Assembly (NCBI GenBank): GCA_010015805.1
Contig: ML978130.1
Coordinates: 992,001-1,056,000 of the forward strand
Reading direction: 5' to 3'
Origin: Rhizodiscina lignyota
Lineage: Eukaryota
DNA: 64,000 nucleotides
Shown: positions 1 to 11,699 of the stretch, piece by piece
How the letters are laid out: every line of letters starts with the position of its first letter
How positions within the stretch are numbered: the stretch's first letter is position 1
Notes under the pieces: generated by a model
Database searches by the model: none
The model's input: the letters and a program-made list of their open reading frames with translations, nothing else
What the model was told of the DNA's origin: nothing
Program-made: the position numbers and the translations under genes

Positions 1-369
1 GGCCAGACGGCATCCACTTGAGGTACCGCCTGTAGCCACCGCAGGTAACTTTCCGACGCGCACATTGCTGGCAATTTGGCTTCGTTTCATCACACTTTAT
101 CTTTCTTCCTCTGCAAGTAACGCAGCCTGCAGGAATACAATAGTCCGTTAGAGTCCCAATCACTTAGGCATCAAGCAGAAGCATGGACTGACACTTGGGA
201 ACTTGCCATTGCGACTCTTCGGCTGCTTGCGTTTTGAGGACTCGTCGATTTTCCTGATGCCATCGGTCCAATCTTTGGAACGTAGGAGGCGAAGTCGCGG
301 CGCATGTCTGGCATTTGCTGTCGGCGTGATGGACAGAGAAGGTGGGCAGCCAGCATCGACTTCTTCCAT
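1..369 (-). CDS. Zn2Cys6 (GAL4-type) transcription factor, N-terminal part; runs off the window edge
   Basis: ATG at 369 (MEEVDAG...KSRNG). An 80-nt intron 206..127 has a GCAAGT donor, CTAAC branch and CAG acceptor. The next exon reads CVTCRGRKIKCDETKPNCQQCARRKVTCGGY, a complete six-Cys binuclear cluster. Confidence 0.9.
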
Positions 370-1206
370 GTGACTTAGGCTGCCAGGCAGGAAAATTGAG
401 GACAGGACTGAAGGGAATTGGCTGGTTAACGGCAGGCGAGTTGAAAGTTCACGAGATGCGATCAGATCGGGATATCGGCTGCCCTGATAAGGACCACGTC
501 TAAGGCACGATAAGGAACCCCGGTTTAAAATCCCGCTCACGGAAGCACGAGAGTTAGACAATTGTACTTACTACGATTATGCTTTATCTACAGCTGTCTG
601 GTCTGGCACGAAGTCCACAATTTTCTAGGCAGTTTTGATGATGAAGGAGCCTCGAATTTCTGTCTCTATTCTGTCAAGTGCCTTTTCAAGCAGCACAAAA
701 GAGATTCCAGCATTGACTTTGATGACGCACGAGCCGAACAAGGCATATCAAGGACTTGTTGTGAATAAGCAGGGAATAGCTGTTGAAGAGCAAGTTGAAC
801 AACCCCCAAATCTTGAGGATCTGAATATGAGATGCTGTAAGGACAAGAGTTATGCAGAGCCAATAAGAACCCTTCATTCGTGCGCCAAAGTCTACCCATT
901 TGAGTCTAGCGGGGGCAAACGTCCAGACTCGGATTTTGTGGGTGCAAGTCACAACGCGAACCTATCGCTGTAGACTGCTCTTTTGACGTGCTCTTCCAAT
1001 CATGCTATCGGAATCGTTCACCCAACGTAGAAGTCCGGGGCAAATGGCAGGCTTCGTGCGGCAGCTACGGAGCCCAACAAGCTTGTAAATAATATAAAGG
1101 AGATGAAGTGAAATGAAGAGATCGGTTTAAAGAAACAGCCGTGTCGGTAGCAGAGTACACCATTTATACTTGATTTCTAACAAAACCGCACTCTCGATTC
1201 CCTATC

Positions 1207-2471
1207 ATGTCTCCTTCAGTTGTTCAACCTTTGCCAATGGAAGGCACTCTGCCCGCTTCTTGGTACACCAGCCCAGATATATACGAGCTTGAGCGTCGCG
1301 CCATCTACTCGAAACATTGGCAGCTCTTAACCCACAAGATCCGAGTTCCAGAGGTGGGCTCATTCGTCCGATATGAAGCTGCTGGCTTCCAGTTCTTCAT
1401 TATCAAGGACCGTAAGGGCGAGGTCAACGCTTTCCATAACGTGTGCAGGCATCGAGCATATCCCGTAATTGAAAAGCCCTCGGGAAAAGCATCGATTATT
1501 GCTTGCAGGTACCATGGTACGATATTACTGCAGCGAAGCGGAGATCGAATATTGACGTGAGTAGGCTGGTCATACGGCTTGTCGGGGAACTTGGCAAAAG
1601 CGCCAGCCTTCAACGACGCCTCTGGATTCGACAAAGGTCAGTACTCTCTGTTCAAGATCCATACTCGTGTCGATAAGCGCGGATTCATTTGGATCAATTT
1701 CGACGCTTCCGAGACGCCGGTCCCCTGGGAAGAGCTGAACGAGAGCGTCGATGTGGAGCCTCGGCTCGATAAGTATGATCTGGAGAATGGCTACAAGTAC
1801 GACCATACGTGGTCGCTAAAAGGAAACTACAACTGGAAGGTGATGCAGATAATTTCAATGAGTGCTATCATTGCAAGACTAGTCATCCCGGCATTGCAGC
1901 AGTCACGGACCTCGACAACTACGCTGTGAAGCCTGCAACTGGCCGAATCGAGCACTACGCGCCGGGAAAAAAGAGAACTGAAGGAAGGACAATTTGGCCA
2001 GTACGGCGACTCAGCTCTTACACTTGTCTTTCCGAATGTCGGCGTGAGCATCAGCAACCCGTACTTCTACATCATGCGAATCATCCCGCCGGGGCCGCGT
2101 AGTGTTGTGCAAGAGTACGAGGTCTTCCGCAACGTAAATATTTCTGACCAGGAATTCGAGGACGCCGATAAGTTCTTCAAGGAGTTCGAGGCCGAGGATA
2201 AGGATCTCTGTAATAATGTGGGCGTCAATTTGGCCAGCAACACCTACGTCCAAGGGCCGCTACACCCCGGCAAGGAAAATGGTGTTCTTCATTTAAAGCA
2301 CTTGTGAAGTCGGAGCTGAAGAAGCACGACGCCGTTGAGAAGGAGACAGGGAGACAATATTGGCCGGCTCGCTGGAACCAAATGCTGGAAGGCTCTGTGG
2401 ACGAGGATGAACTCTTTTGTAATAACATCTGTGGTGCGGGCGGTGAAAACCACTCGGGCTTGGGTTGGTGA
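1207..2471 (+). pseudogene. Rieske [2Fe-2S] ring-hydroxylating/choline-carnitine monooxygenase-like alpha subunit with three frameshifts (pseudogene or assembly error)
   Basis: Rieske motifs CRHR and CRYHGW (intron 1517..1564) and iron motif DNFNECYHCKTSHP. Single-base frame changes are needed at ~1844 (-1), ~1970 (+1, A-run) and ~2293 (-1, T-run) to reach TGA 2469-2471. Confidence 0.85.
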
Positions 2472-3160
2472 CAAGTAAATAGATATTGAAGTCGAATGGT
2501 GAAGCTGAATACGTCAAGATAGCTGTGTACAGCAATGAGTGATCGAATGCGAGCGTTAGATTACGTACATTTAATTAGCGTGATTGAAGCTGCTGAGGTG
2601 CTAATGAAGCACTTCAGAAAAGCTTGGATACAGCTATTTCGCTAAGAAAGGGGGTTTGCGGCCGTGCGAGAAGGTGAAGCCGAAGGACTTCGGAAATTGC
2701 AGCGGCGGCGGAGACCTGTGGATTGTGACAAAATCTCCCTTCCAACCTCAACCCCGTTCGGCTCCCACGGCCCTCGCACGAGGTGTTATCGCAAGAGCCG
2801 TGGCTAAGATCCCAATGTTGGCGCCTCCGCCTCGAAGTCATCCTGTCTTCCCGTACATATAGATGGTTCCCAATACTCTATCGTATGTATTCGGACTGGA
2901 GCTGACTGGACAGCCGGAGGCGCGTCGATTTACCCTATCGGGAAGCCAAAATCAGTGCACAAGGGAGAGATTCCCCGGAACTTTTACTCATTGAAACGCA
3001 ATTATATGTTCGAGATGGCGCAGGTAGGACAAATACTTATTGTTCTGGAATCTCTGAGTCGGCATTGGGTGATTTGTTTTGCGATACACTCTCAGTTCTT
3101 CCATTAGATCGCGCCAGCATATCCGTCCGAGCTCACATATTTATTCAAGCTATTCACAAG

Positions 3161-4579
3161 ATGTCTGGATCTCCTGAGGGAATTTATGAGCCTGGCATTG
3201 TGGACCCCAAGACGCCTCTGCCAAAGTACACCTCTCCGTACTGGCATATTGCGCCACACAAGCATGCCAACCATCAGTCGCCCTGGCCAAAAGACACCGT
3301 GGATGTTGTAATTATCGGCTCTGGTATCTCGGGCATGAGCCTGGCCCGCACGCTTACGACCAAGAACCCACGCCTGAGCGTCGTGCTTGTTGATGCGAGA
3401 CAGCTCTGTGCTGGAGCTACAGGTCGCAATGGCGGCCACATCAAGACCATGACCTTTGCCATGTGGGAGGAGCGCAAGAGGATATTTGGAATTGAAGAGG
3501 CCATCCGGATCTCGCTTTTCGAAGACAGCCACCTGGAAGCGACGCACGCGGCAATGAAGGAGAATGCCATCGACGCCGATCTGGTCCTGACCGAGGGTAT
3601 TGAGGCATATTACGACCAGGCTGTGTTTGATAGGGCCGTCAAGGCTCTTGAAGACATGCGTGCTCATATCCCCCAGCTGGCCGCAAAGCACAAAGTCTAC
3701 AATAACTCGGCCTCCCTGCAAGAGATGAAACTGTCACCGCGATGCATTGGTGCTATCGGTATTGCGGCCGCATCAGTTTGGCCTTACAAGTGGATTACAG
3801 GAGTCTTAGGCAAGCTTATTGACGCCGGAAAACTTAATGTGCAGACACATACTACGGTGACGGCGATCGAGGATGAAGACTCTGACTTTGCCGTTGTGCA
3901 CACAAATCGCGGCACAATCAATGCCAGGAACGTAATCCACGCCCAAAACGCTTGGGTTGGCCACCTGCTGCCCGAACTGAGACCTTTCGTGTCGCCTGTC
4001 AGAGTTAATGTGGTCCACTATGGCGCCCTCACGAACGATAAGAATGCAAGCGCTTCGAGCAAGTCTCCTCTGGGACTCGACAGCAAATACTCTCTCTGGC
4101 TTCGATATGGTGAGAAGGACTACGACTATGTCATCCAGCGCAAGGACGGAGGCCTTGTTGTTGGGCGTGCCTGCACTGGTCGTAAGACAACCTCCGATGA
4201 CAGCACGACAGATCTGCCGCCAATGCAGCATCTGCGCGGCTTCGCGGAAGAGACCCTTACTACTGCTCCTCCCGGCTGCTCCTCCCATGTCGATCGTACT
4301 TGGTCCGGCATCGTGGCATTCACTCAGGACGGCGTACCATTTGCAGGCCGGCTGCCGTTTCCAGGGCGTAAGCATCAGTGGGTGTGTGGTGCCTTCCATG
4401 CTACCGGCATGATCAAGTCTTTCCGCACTTCGCAGAACGTTGCCGCAATGGTTCTCGGGGAGGAGGTCAGTGAGGATTTCCCGAAATCGATGCTGATAAC
4501 GAAAGAGAGGATCAACGGGCTCAGGCGATCATTGGATGTTGGCGGATACCCAATCCATGTGCAGAAGGCAAAGCTGTGA
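3161..4579 (+). CDS. FAD-dependent oxidoreductase (DAO/PuuB-like amine oxidase family), probably peroxisomal
   Basis: DVVIIGSGISG dinucleotide fold, GATGRNGGH, WSGIVAFTQDGVPFAG, C-terminal AKL (PTS1). Intronless, ATG at 3161. Confidence 0.9.
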   Translation: MSGSPEGIYEPGIVDPKTPLPKYTSPYWHIAPHKHANHQSPWPKDTVDVVIIGSGISGMSLARTLTTKNPRLSVVLVDARQLCAGATGRNGGHIKTMTFAMWEERKRIFGIEEAIRISLFEDSHLEATHAAMKENAIDADLVLTEGIEAYYDQAVFDRAVKALEDMRAHIPQLAAKHKVYNNSASLQEMKLSPRCIGAIGIAAASVWPYKWITGVLGKLIDAGKLNVQTHTTVTAIEDEDSDFAVVHTNRGTINARNVIHAQNAWVGHLLPELRPFVSPVRVNVVHYGALTNDKNASASSKSPLGLDSKYSLWLRYGEKDYDYVIQRKDGGLVVGRACTGRKTTSDDSTTDLPPMQHLRGFAEETLTTAPPGCSSHVDRTWSGIVAFTQDGVPFAGRLPFPGRKHQWVCGAFHATGMIKSFRTSQNVAAMVLGEEVSEDFPKSMLITKERINGLRRSLDVGGYPIHVQKAKL

Positions 4580-4779
4580 ATCCTTTACTGTTTCAAACTC
4601 ATCACGGAATGACGTTTCATGGCCAGACAATATGATATAACCCAGCTGCAGGAGGTTGTCCTTAAAAACGATCCTCAACACCTCTTTAAACATTCAATCA
4701 ATGGCGCCAAAGTTTCGTAAAGCTCATAGATCATCCCAATTCGTTGATCCCTTCACAGTTTCTCCTCCTGCAAGGTCCA

Positions 4780-6258
4780 TCACAGTTCTCTGCTTCCCTG
4801 TGCCTCGAAAATTCTTTTGATCAAGTCCTTCCCTACAGCTTCAGCATCATTCGTCTCTTTCCATTCCCCCTTTCCGGCTACGACGTCGCTCAACACGCCA
4901 ACACCCTCCCAATTCGTGCCAGTAACAGCGTGAACGGGCCGCTCTCTCGGCACCGCAACAACCCACCAGCTCTTCCCAAAAATGTCCTCGCAAATAAATC
5001 TCGGGTTGGTAACGGGATTGGCCGCGCCTGCTGTAGCATCATTGCCTTCTCCAATCACTGCTTTACTGCGTTTGAATGCTTGCAGATCGTACGCCATCTC
5101 TTCGCCGCCCGAAATAGTATCCTTGGCCGTAAGTACGAAAAGCGGCTTTGTGCCCCCGAAACATGTGGTACCTGCGGGAAGTTCGGAGACTGGAAGGGTC
5201 GAGAAGGACTTGATAATTTCCCCAGAACGGTCCACCATGTCGAGTATATGTACGGGAGCGTCATCGACGAAGTAGGACAGGACAAATGCCACGGTCCAAG
5301 GGCTTCCTCCTTCATTCCGACGGAGGTCAATAATTAGTGCATCGGTATCTGAGACGGTGCTGAGAATCTTGCCTATAGCGGCGCGAATCTCTTGATATTC
5401 AGGGAAGTCCGGTTCGGTGGGGAGGAAGCCGTTGATCGCGACGGTGACAATGGTCCGGCTCGGAATGGTGTCGTAATCGAGGGAGACGTTGAAGAGGAAG
5501 TTTACGCTGCGGAGATCCTCAAGGAGCTTTCCAGGAGGTGGTTTCTTAGGCTCGCCATCAGGGTCGCCCCGAGGCTCGATGAAGAAAACACCCATGTGCT
5601 TATCGTGTCCGGACGCGTGTAAATCTTCTGTCAGGCGAACGGCGTACTTTTCGCTCTCGGTAAAGTTGTCATAATCGCCGTTGTCGAGGTGGCCTTTCAG
5701 CGCAGAGACCATAGTCTCTACTTTGTCTGGGATGACATATTGATTTCTCAAGACCTCTCCAATTCCATCAATTAGGGCTCCTCGGGTGTATGTTGTTAAT
5801 GGGTGGAGAGCCTTCTCGTACCTAGGTCGCCGTGGATCGTCTTTTGGAATGAATTTGATTGGTGTTGTGATGGGATGAATACCAAACTTCGTGACCGGAT
5901 GGATGTCTTTGGACACATCCACAACCATCGAAGCTCTGGCATATTGAGGACGGAGTTTCTCCTTCATGACCACTACGACGGTGGACGGTTCTGATATAGA
6001 CTCGATGTCTACAACATCAAATCCACCAGTGGCTTTAGCGAGTCTCAGCTCCCGGTTGATATCGTCGACATCATGGCTGGCGGCAGAGTATGGAAATGCT
6101 GGTCCTGTGTGGTATTCAAGCAGTGCTTGTTTGTCGGCGCGATTGAAAACGGTGAGCCACGCTGAGAACTGAATTGATGCAGGGTGATCTGAGGGCAAGG
6201 TTGGGTATGCTGGGCCCATCAGCCCTCCGATTTTTAGGATTGTCTGCCAGAAATTCAT
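4780..6258 (-). CDS. Peptidase family S41 (IRBP-like/tail-specific protease)
   Basis: DALIIDLRRNEGGS, catalytic-Ser motif TISGGEEMAYDLQ, and TNWEGVGVLSDV. Intronless; first ATG at 6258 (the ORF track start at 6270 is TTG). Confidence 0.85.
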   Translation of the reverse strand: MNFWQTILKIGGLMGPAYPTLPSDHPASIQFSAWLTVFNRADKQALLEYHTGPAFPYSAASHDVDDINRELRLAKATGGFDVVDIESISEPSTVVVVMKEKLRPQYARASMVVDVSKDIHPVTKFGIHPITTPIKFIPKDDPRRPRYEKALHPLTTYTRGALIDGIGEVLRNQYVIPDKVETMVSALKGHLDNGDYDNFTESEKYAVRLTEDLHASGHDKHMGVFFIEPRGDPDGEPKKPPPGKLLEDLRSVNFLFNVSLDYDTIPSRTIVTVAINGFLPTEPDFPEYQEIRAAIGKILSTVSDTDALIIDLRRNEGGSPWTVAFVLSYFVDDAPVHILDMVDRSGEIIKSFSTLPVSELPAGTTCFGGTKPLFVLTAKDTISGGEEMAYDLQAFKRSKAVIGEGNDATAGAANPVTNPRFICEDIFGKSWWVVAVPRERPVHAVTGTNWEGVGVLSDVVAGKGEWKETNDAEAVGKDLIKRIFEAQGSREL

Positions 6259-6882
6259 GGTGGCGAACAATAGATGCTGTGATCTGAAGAGAAAAGGACA
6301 CTCGCGCTACATCAGTCAATTATTTAAAGGTAGGCATACACAAAGGTTAGAGAGCCATCTTGCAACGTATTAGTTCTGATCAGGCAACCAGAAGGAGACT
6401 AAGCGGAGGTGGAGGTGTACCATCGTAAAGAGGGTGGGGTACGACGAAGGGAATGTGATGCCTGCTGCCTGAGCTACTCTTATACGCCCAATGAGTGCAC
6501 AAGGATTCAGCTCAAATCTAATTGGGAAATATCTTGGAAGGTCTTTCGTGTCAAAATCAGAGAATTAGCGCTTGCCAGGGTTGCAGGTACCTAGAAAGAA
6601 AGCAGGTATGCATGTCGTTAACCGGCGGGGCATGAAATCCTTGATTCCTTGTACAATCGTAATTAAGTATTATCATGTAGTCTCATGTACATACAGATCA
6701 AGCAGCCTTATTCAGATCAGGATAAACCAAGTCCTAGACTTCGTCGCCGACAATGTTTCTTAAATATACTCCAGATATCAAAAACGATGCCGAACAATAT
6801 CATACGCTGCCTTTTTAGCTTAGGAAAAGAAGATATCGAATAAAGAGCTGGGACTCTGATCACTCACCATCCGCCACCCATA

Positions 6883-9800
6883 TTAGTAGGCCCGTTCCGA
6901 AAGCTCGATGGCTCTCTGGAGCTCTATCAAGTTCGTCCCGTTCGCCGTATATCGGTTGGGCGTTTGTAAACTCTTCGCTATAGCTCGAGCTAATTCTTCC
7001 TCATCCTCATCAATTTCCAGTAAGCTCTCTCGTCCGCTATCTTCATAAGGACTTGATGGTGCCGGGGAGCTCGCACTTCCAGTGACGGATGCGGTAGAGC
7101 TCACATCTTCGTTCGATCCTAAAAAGCGCAAAGAGGGCATGATTCGCAGGGCGTTCCGAAACCGAGTGGCCGTTAAACCACCAGTACGCTCTGATTGAGC
7201 GGTTTCCCAATCTGAGAAGACAGATGATGATGCTCTCTCCACTCTAATCTCTGGTGTCTCTACTGGTAGTTCTACGGTCTCTGCATCTTCCCCCAAAGGA
7301 AATCCTATGACAATCGAGGCAGTATCCCCGCAATCATCTTCATTTTCCGGGACGTCGAAGAGCGATATCGGTCTATCTTCTGCTACAAGTGCCACTTCTC
7401 TCTCCCTACCACTTCTGGTGGGCCGAGGTCCTGGACGGAGCATACCAACTTTCGGGCTTGCGCTGCTTTCTTTGGCTAAAGAATCCATGAAATCAGTGCA
7501 GATTCGCCCAGTTTCTAACCATCATATGACTCACAATCTTGCAAAACATCTAACACCAAGTTTCGGGGAAAGCCAGAGATCTGAATTAGGTCTACTCCCC
7601 GCCATTGGTCCCAGAGCGCTAGAGCAATTGCGATTTCGCCATGTTTTTCAGAGACTTTGACTCTGATTGATCCCATGTCAAAGGACGAAGTCGTGCACAT
7701 TCCTTCAATCACGATAGGGTCAATTCGATGCACCATCTCCCTTTTATGGCCAGACCGATGCAGTTCCCTCACGCTGAAATGCAGCTGGAAAGCTTCACCT
7801 GCAGCAAGCTGATGATCCTTAAGGAATTGACCCAGTTGACGAAGCTCTTCAGAACCAGTTGCAAATTTGCAGTTGATTTTGCCTACTCCGCGTCAGCATT
7901 GCTCGGCGGGGGGCACAAAACAGGCCTTACCCCAGCAGTGATAGCCATCGTCTTCTTTGTGCACACTAAGTCTTTCAAAGTAGAATGAAGATGCCACAAG
8001 CTGATGGGCTACCCTAGATATCTTTTTCAGGTATCGTTCCTCCTCTTGAAGTTTCACTCGGACTGTTGCCTGAAGGAGATCCAACTGGCGCTTGTCATCC
8101 AAGTTTGGTGGCCGAAAGCCCAACTTTGGATTTATGCGCTGATACCGTCGAGAATCCGGAGAGTTCTTAGATGGCAGGACATCCTTCTTGAAATCTTCCC
8201 ATGCCTGGTCGGAATTTAGAATGTTGTCAACGCGATTGATCATCACGCTCAAGCTTTGACCGAGCTCTGTGCCCTTGATCCACTCAGCAAGTCGGAACTT
8301 CCTCTCTCGAGGACTCGGAGTAACTATGATGTCAGATATGATCTCAGCGCGCCGCCAGCGCCTTTCGTACGGTTCAGCTGTCCCGGTTGTTTCTTCTCCG
8401 TTATGGCCAGTGCCGATTGAAAGAAGAATATCGGGCTGGTATTCCGCGACATCCAACCACAAAAGCTTGCTCTCATGATATGCAACACGGACTGGATTGT
8501 TGTGATATAGTGCTCCATCCAAGTAGCCTTCTTGTGTCTCCTTTTTCACAAAGGGCTTGAAATAGCCGGGAGCAGCCGAAGCAGCACGAAGCCTGAAGTG
8601 AAAACTTAGCGAAGATGCAATCTGAGTCAAGACACAGTAATCGTACACTTCCCATCGCTTTAGCTCGTTGCGAGGATTGTCGGGACGAATCAATTTGTAG
8701 CTTACTACTACGGCATTAGCACAGTATGACACAAGCGAGCATATCAACTACACTTGAACTAACCTTGTCGCTCGACCTCTCTATTATAGTTAGTGAATAT
8801 GACCGGACTCTGCCCTGTATCGGTTGTGCTGGTTATCGCGACTCGTCTGTGGTAGCTCCTTGGGTCATCGTGTTCTCCGCCAAACATGTACTCATCGGGG
8901 AGAACCTCTTTCAGACACTCTTCGAAAGGTCGGGTTCTATACTTTCGCCCAAGTCTCATGCCAGGCAGGCGTAACGTGAAGGCTTTGTCGCACAGTCTTG
9001 TGAAGTGCCTGATGCATGTTTCGACGGGCCAGTTTTCAACCCCGAGACCCATTGCCAGAATACCTCCAGTGCTGTACTATAGCGTAAGTATAAGATAGAA
9101 GATAGTATCTGGAATGTAACATTATTACCTGGTTCCGACAATGAGATCGAAGAATGACTGGATCGGAATGCGCCCGCCAAGATAGAGTTCCAATGCTCGT
9201 AAAACCTCGAGCTCTACGATGCCCCGAACTCCACCTCTGCAAAAGTCAGACAGAGTTGAACTATACAGCTGTTCTCTAGAGTACCAAATACGCACCCATC
9301 AAGAGAAAGGATACGAATACCAGATAGGTCTGGTTTTAATTTAATCTCCCATGGCTCAGTGAACCAGAGACCGTAGCCCTCCAGGGTATGACTGTGCAAA
9401 GGACATCTGTGCAATATGATGCTGTTCTTGTCCTTTGATTCACTTGATCTTTCCTGCTCGTCCAGTTTCTTCTCGTCCAGCTCGCTGTATGTCCTCGCAC
9501 ATGGTGTGCACAGCACATGACCACAGTCAAGAGGGTGTTCTGGCAGGCCTCGCAAGCAACAAAAACAAGCAGTGTGACTGCAAAAGCGCCTTGAGCTTTG
9601 ATAACGTCGATAGAATTCTTGAACATTGCTGCGATGCCTCTCTGAGACTGAATCCTTCTCGGAGACTGTTGGGTTGAGACCCATGTCTTCGACAGTCATC
9701 TTTTGAAATTTGATGACGTTCAGCATAATGGACCTACGCCAGATTGGTCGATACTGCTCAAAGGAGAAAGTTGAAATGTAGTCTCCTCCACTGATGATTT

Positions 9801-11699
9801 TTCCCTTTTCGTTTTGATGTCCTTTTTTGTGACCTTCCAGTACGTTGATGCAGTGCCCTAGTCGATTGCTGAATTCACAGGGCCAGAAACGCCTGCAGAA
9901 ATCCTTTAATGCATCATCGCAGAATGACACGTAGTTTCTTTCGAATAGTTCTTTCGCGGGGCCTATCGACACTAAAAGTCAGTTCCATTTGGGGAGTCCA
10001 AGGAGACCACCTGCCTTTCAATCCATGCCGTACTAAATCAAGGACGATACATGAAGCGACCATGACGCTTAAGCTTTCGAATATTGTCGACACCGGTGGT
10101 CCCGTTGAGACACTCAGGATAGCAACGGCCAGTTTCAAGATGTTGCCTCCGAAATCCCTGGGTATCGGGCTGTTCCGAAAGGCCACCTCCATGAAATTGA
10201 ATGGCATGTCCAGATTCTGCGCAAAGTGGTCAAAGCCGGCCTGTAAATACTGATGCAGTTCGTCTGAGTTGGCCAGCATACGTGATTTCCGCTTTGTATC
10301 ATAAGATTTTGCGCAGGCGATGTTAATTTCCTCGTAAGGCTTAGAAACTTGTTGTTCAACGAGCATGTAACGGTCTCTTGGAATCCGTACAACGCGAATT
10401 GAGGAATAGTAGCAACCAATGAGATCTGACATCGAATGAACTGGTTTGCCGTGGCTACTCCAATATTCTACGTATTTTCGATACTTTTCGTCCTGCCATA
10501 TACTCGACGAGACTCTATCCATGAGGTCTTGAGTCGAGACATCGACGTCCCACTGGCTTGCATCGATTCTTGGGTCGCTTGCGTTTAAAGCAATAATAGC
10601 ATGAGGCAATACCGGCTGGTTTGTTGATTTCTCGACGACTGCATCTGCCCACTCGATCAACTTGCTCAATACAGATGATTGGAAAACTCTATTATATGGT
10701 CAGCGTTCTCTATCCAACAGCATGCAGATTATTGGCGACAGACTTGGGATTCTGAAGAACAAATACAACAACATCAGAAAATGTATAAAGGAGTCTTGGA
10801 TAGAGTTCCGTGACTCCATACTCTCGCTTTTGCTTCTCGGGAGAGTCAGCCCACGTTATATCTCTCTGCACATTTCGCGAAAGTCTGAGGCGCTTTTTCA
10901 GTCTGCCACTGTCGTGAGCTCGGGAATCTCCTCCAGAATTCCTGGATTGGGCTCCGATCGGGAGTGTTTCTCCCCCGTCGAGTCCCTCGCAGTCCGCATA
11001 CAACAACGGGAACTGGCCGAAATATGTAGGAGGGTCGGCGTAAAGATGCACATCTCCTGAGGTTGGAACGATATCATTTTTCATCGTCCCAACAACTGGA
11101 GTTGGAAAGAGATGTCTCTCATCGAAACCGTTCGTCTTCCTCTCGATTAACATTTTGACCAAAGTGCTCTTTCCAGCTCCAGTCTGGCCGATGAATGAGA
11201 CAAGTCGTGGAAATCTGACCGCGTTCTCCTCAAATGCACTATTGGCGAAAAGCGTCGCATACCTTCCATAATCTTGGAAGATTGGATGATTGGCCGAGTC
11301 TCGAGCGATCCCAAACCACGTGGTCTCTTCATCTTCGAGATGTAACCTTTCCTGAGTCACCTCGTCCGAGGGTGGATTGAACGTCGCTTTCAAGCGATCG
11401 ACGACCTCGGGCAACGCTTGTTCATGGGGAATTCCTTTTGGTTGCTTTCCTGGCCTGTGTAAAACTTGCGTTTTCCAGCACTGCCCACAAAAATAAGACT
11501 CGCACTCTCCACAAAGGAAGATCGGAGGCTCAGCGATATCGCAAACAGCACAGCTGGGAGCCGAATGACTCTGATCTGCAATTGAAACGGCAGAGGCAGC
11601 ACCTGGCTCGCCATAGTCGTACAATGATGATGAGTCGTATTGAGATTTTTGCATCTCACGCACACCTGCCTCGAAAGCGTCAAGTAAAGATTCGTCCAT
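6883..11699 (-). CDS. Multidomain protein (~1,470 aa): Zn finger + P-loop GTPase + RING-like finger + patatin-like phospholipase + UIM-like tail
   Basis: Eight exons: 11699-10744, 10688-10015, 9962-9296, 9236-9129, 9071-8764, ~8707-7931, 7882-7535, ~7475-6883. Motifs: CAVC..CGEC..CGQCW..H; GQTGAGKS; DCEG; CFCC..HPLDCGHVLCTPC; DGGGVRG; GTSTG; DGA. The N-terminus could extend further upstream. Confidence 0.85.
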
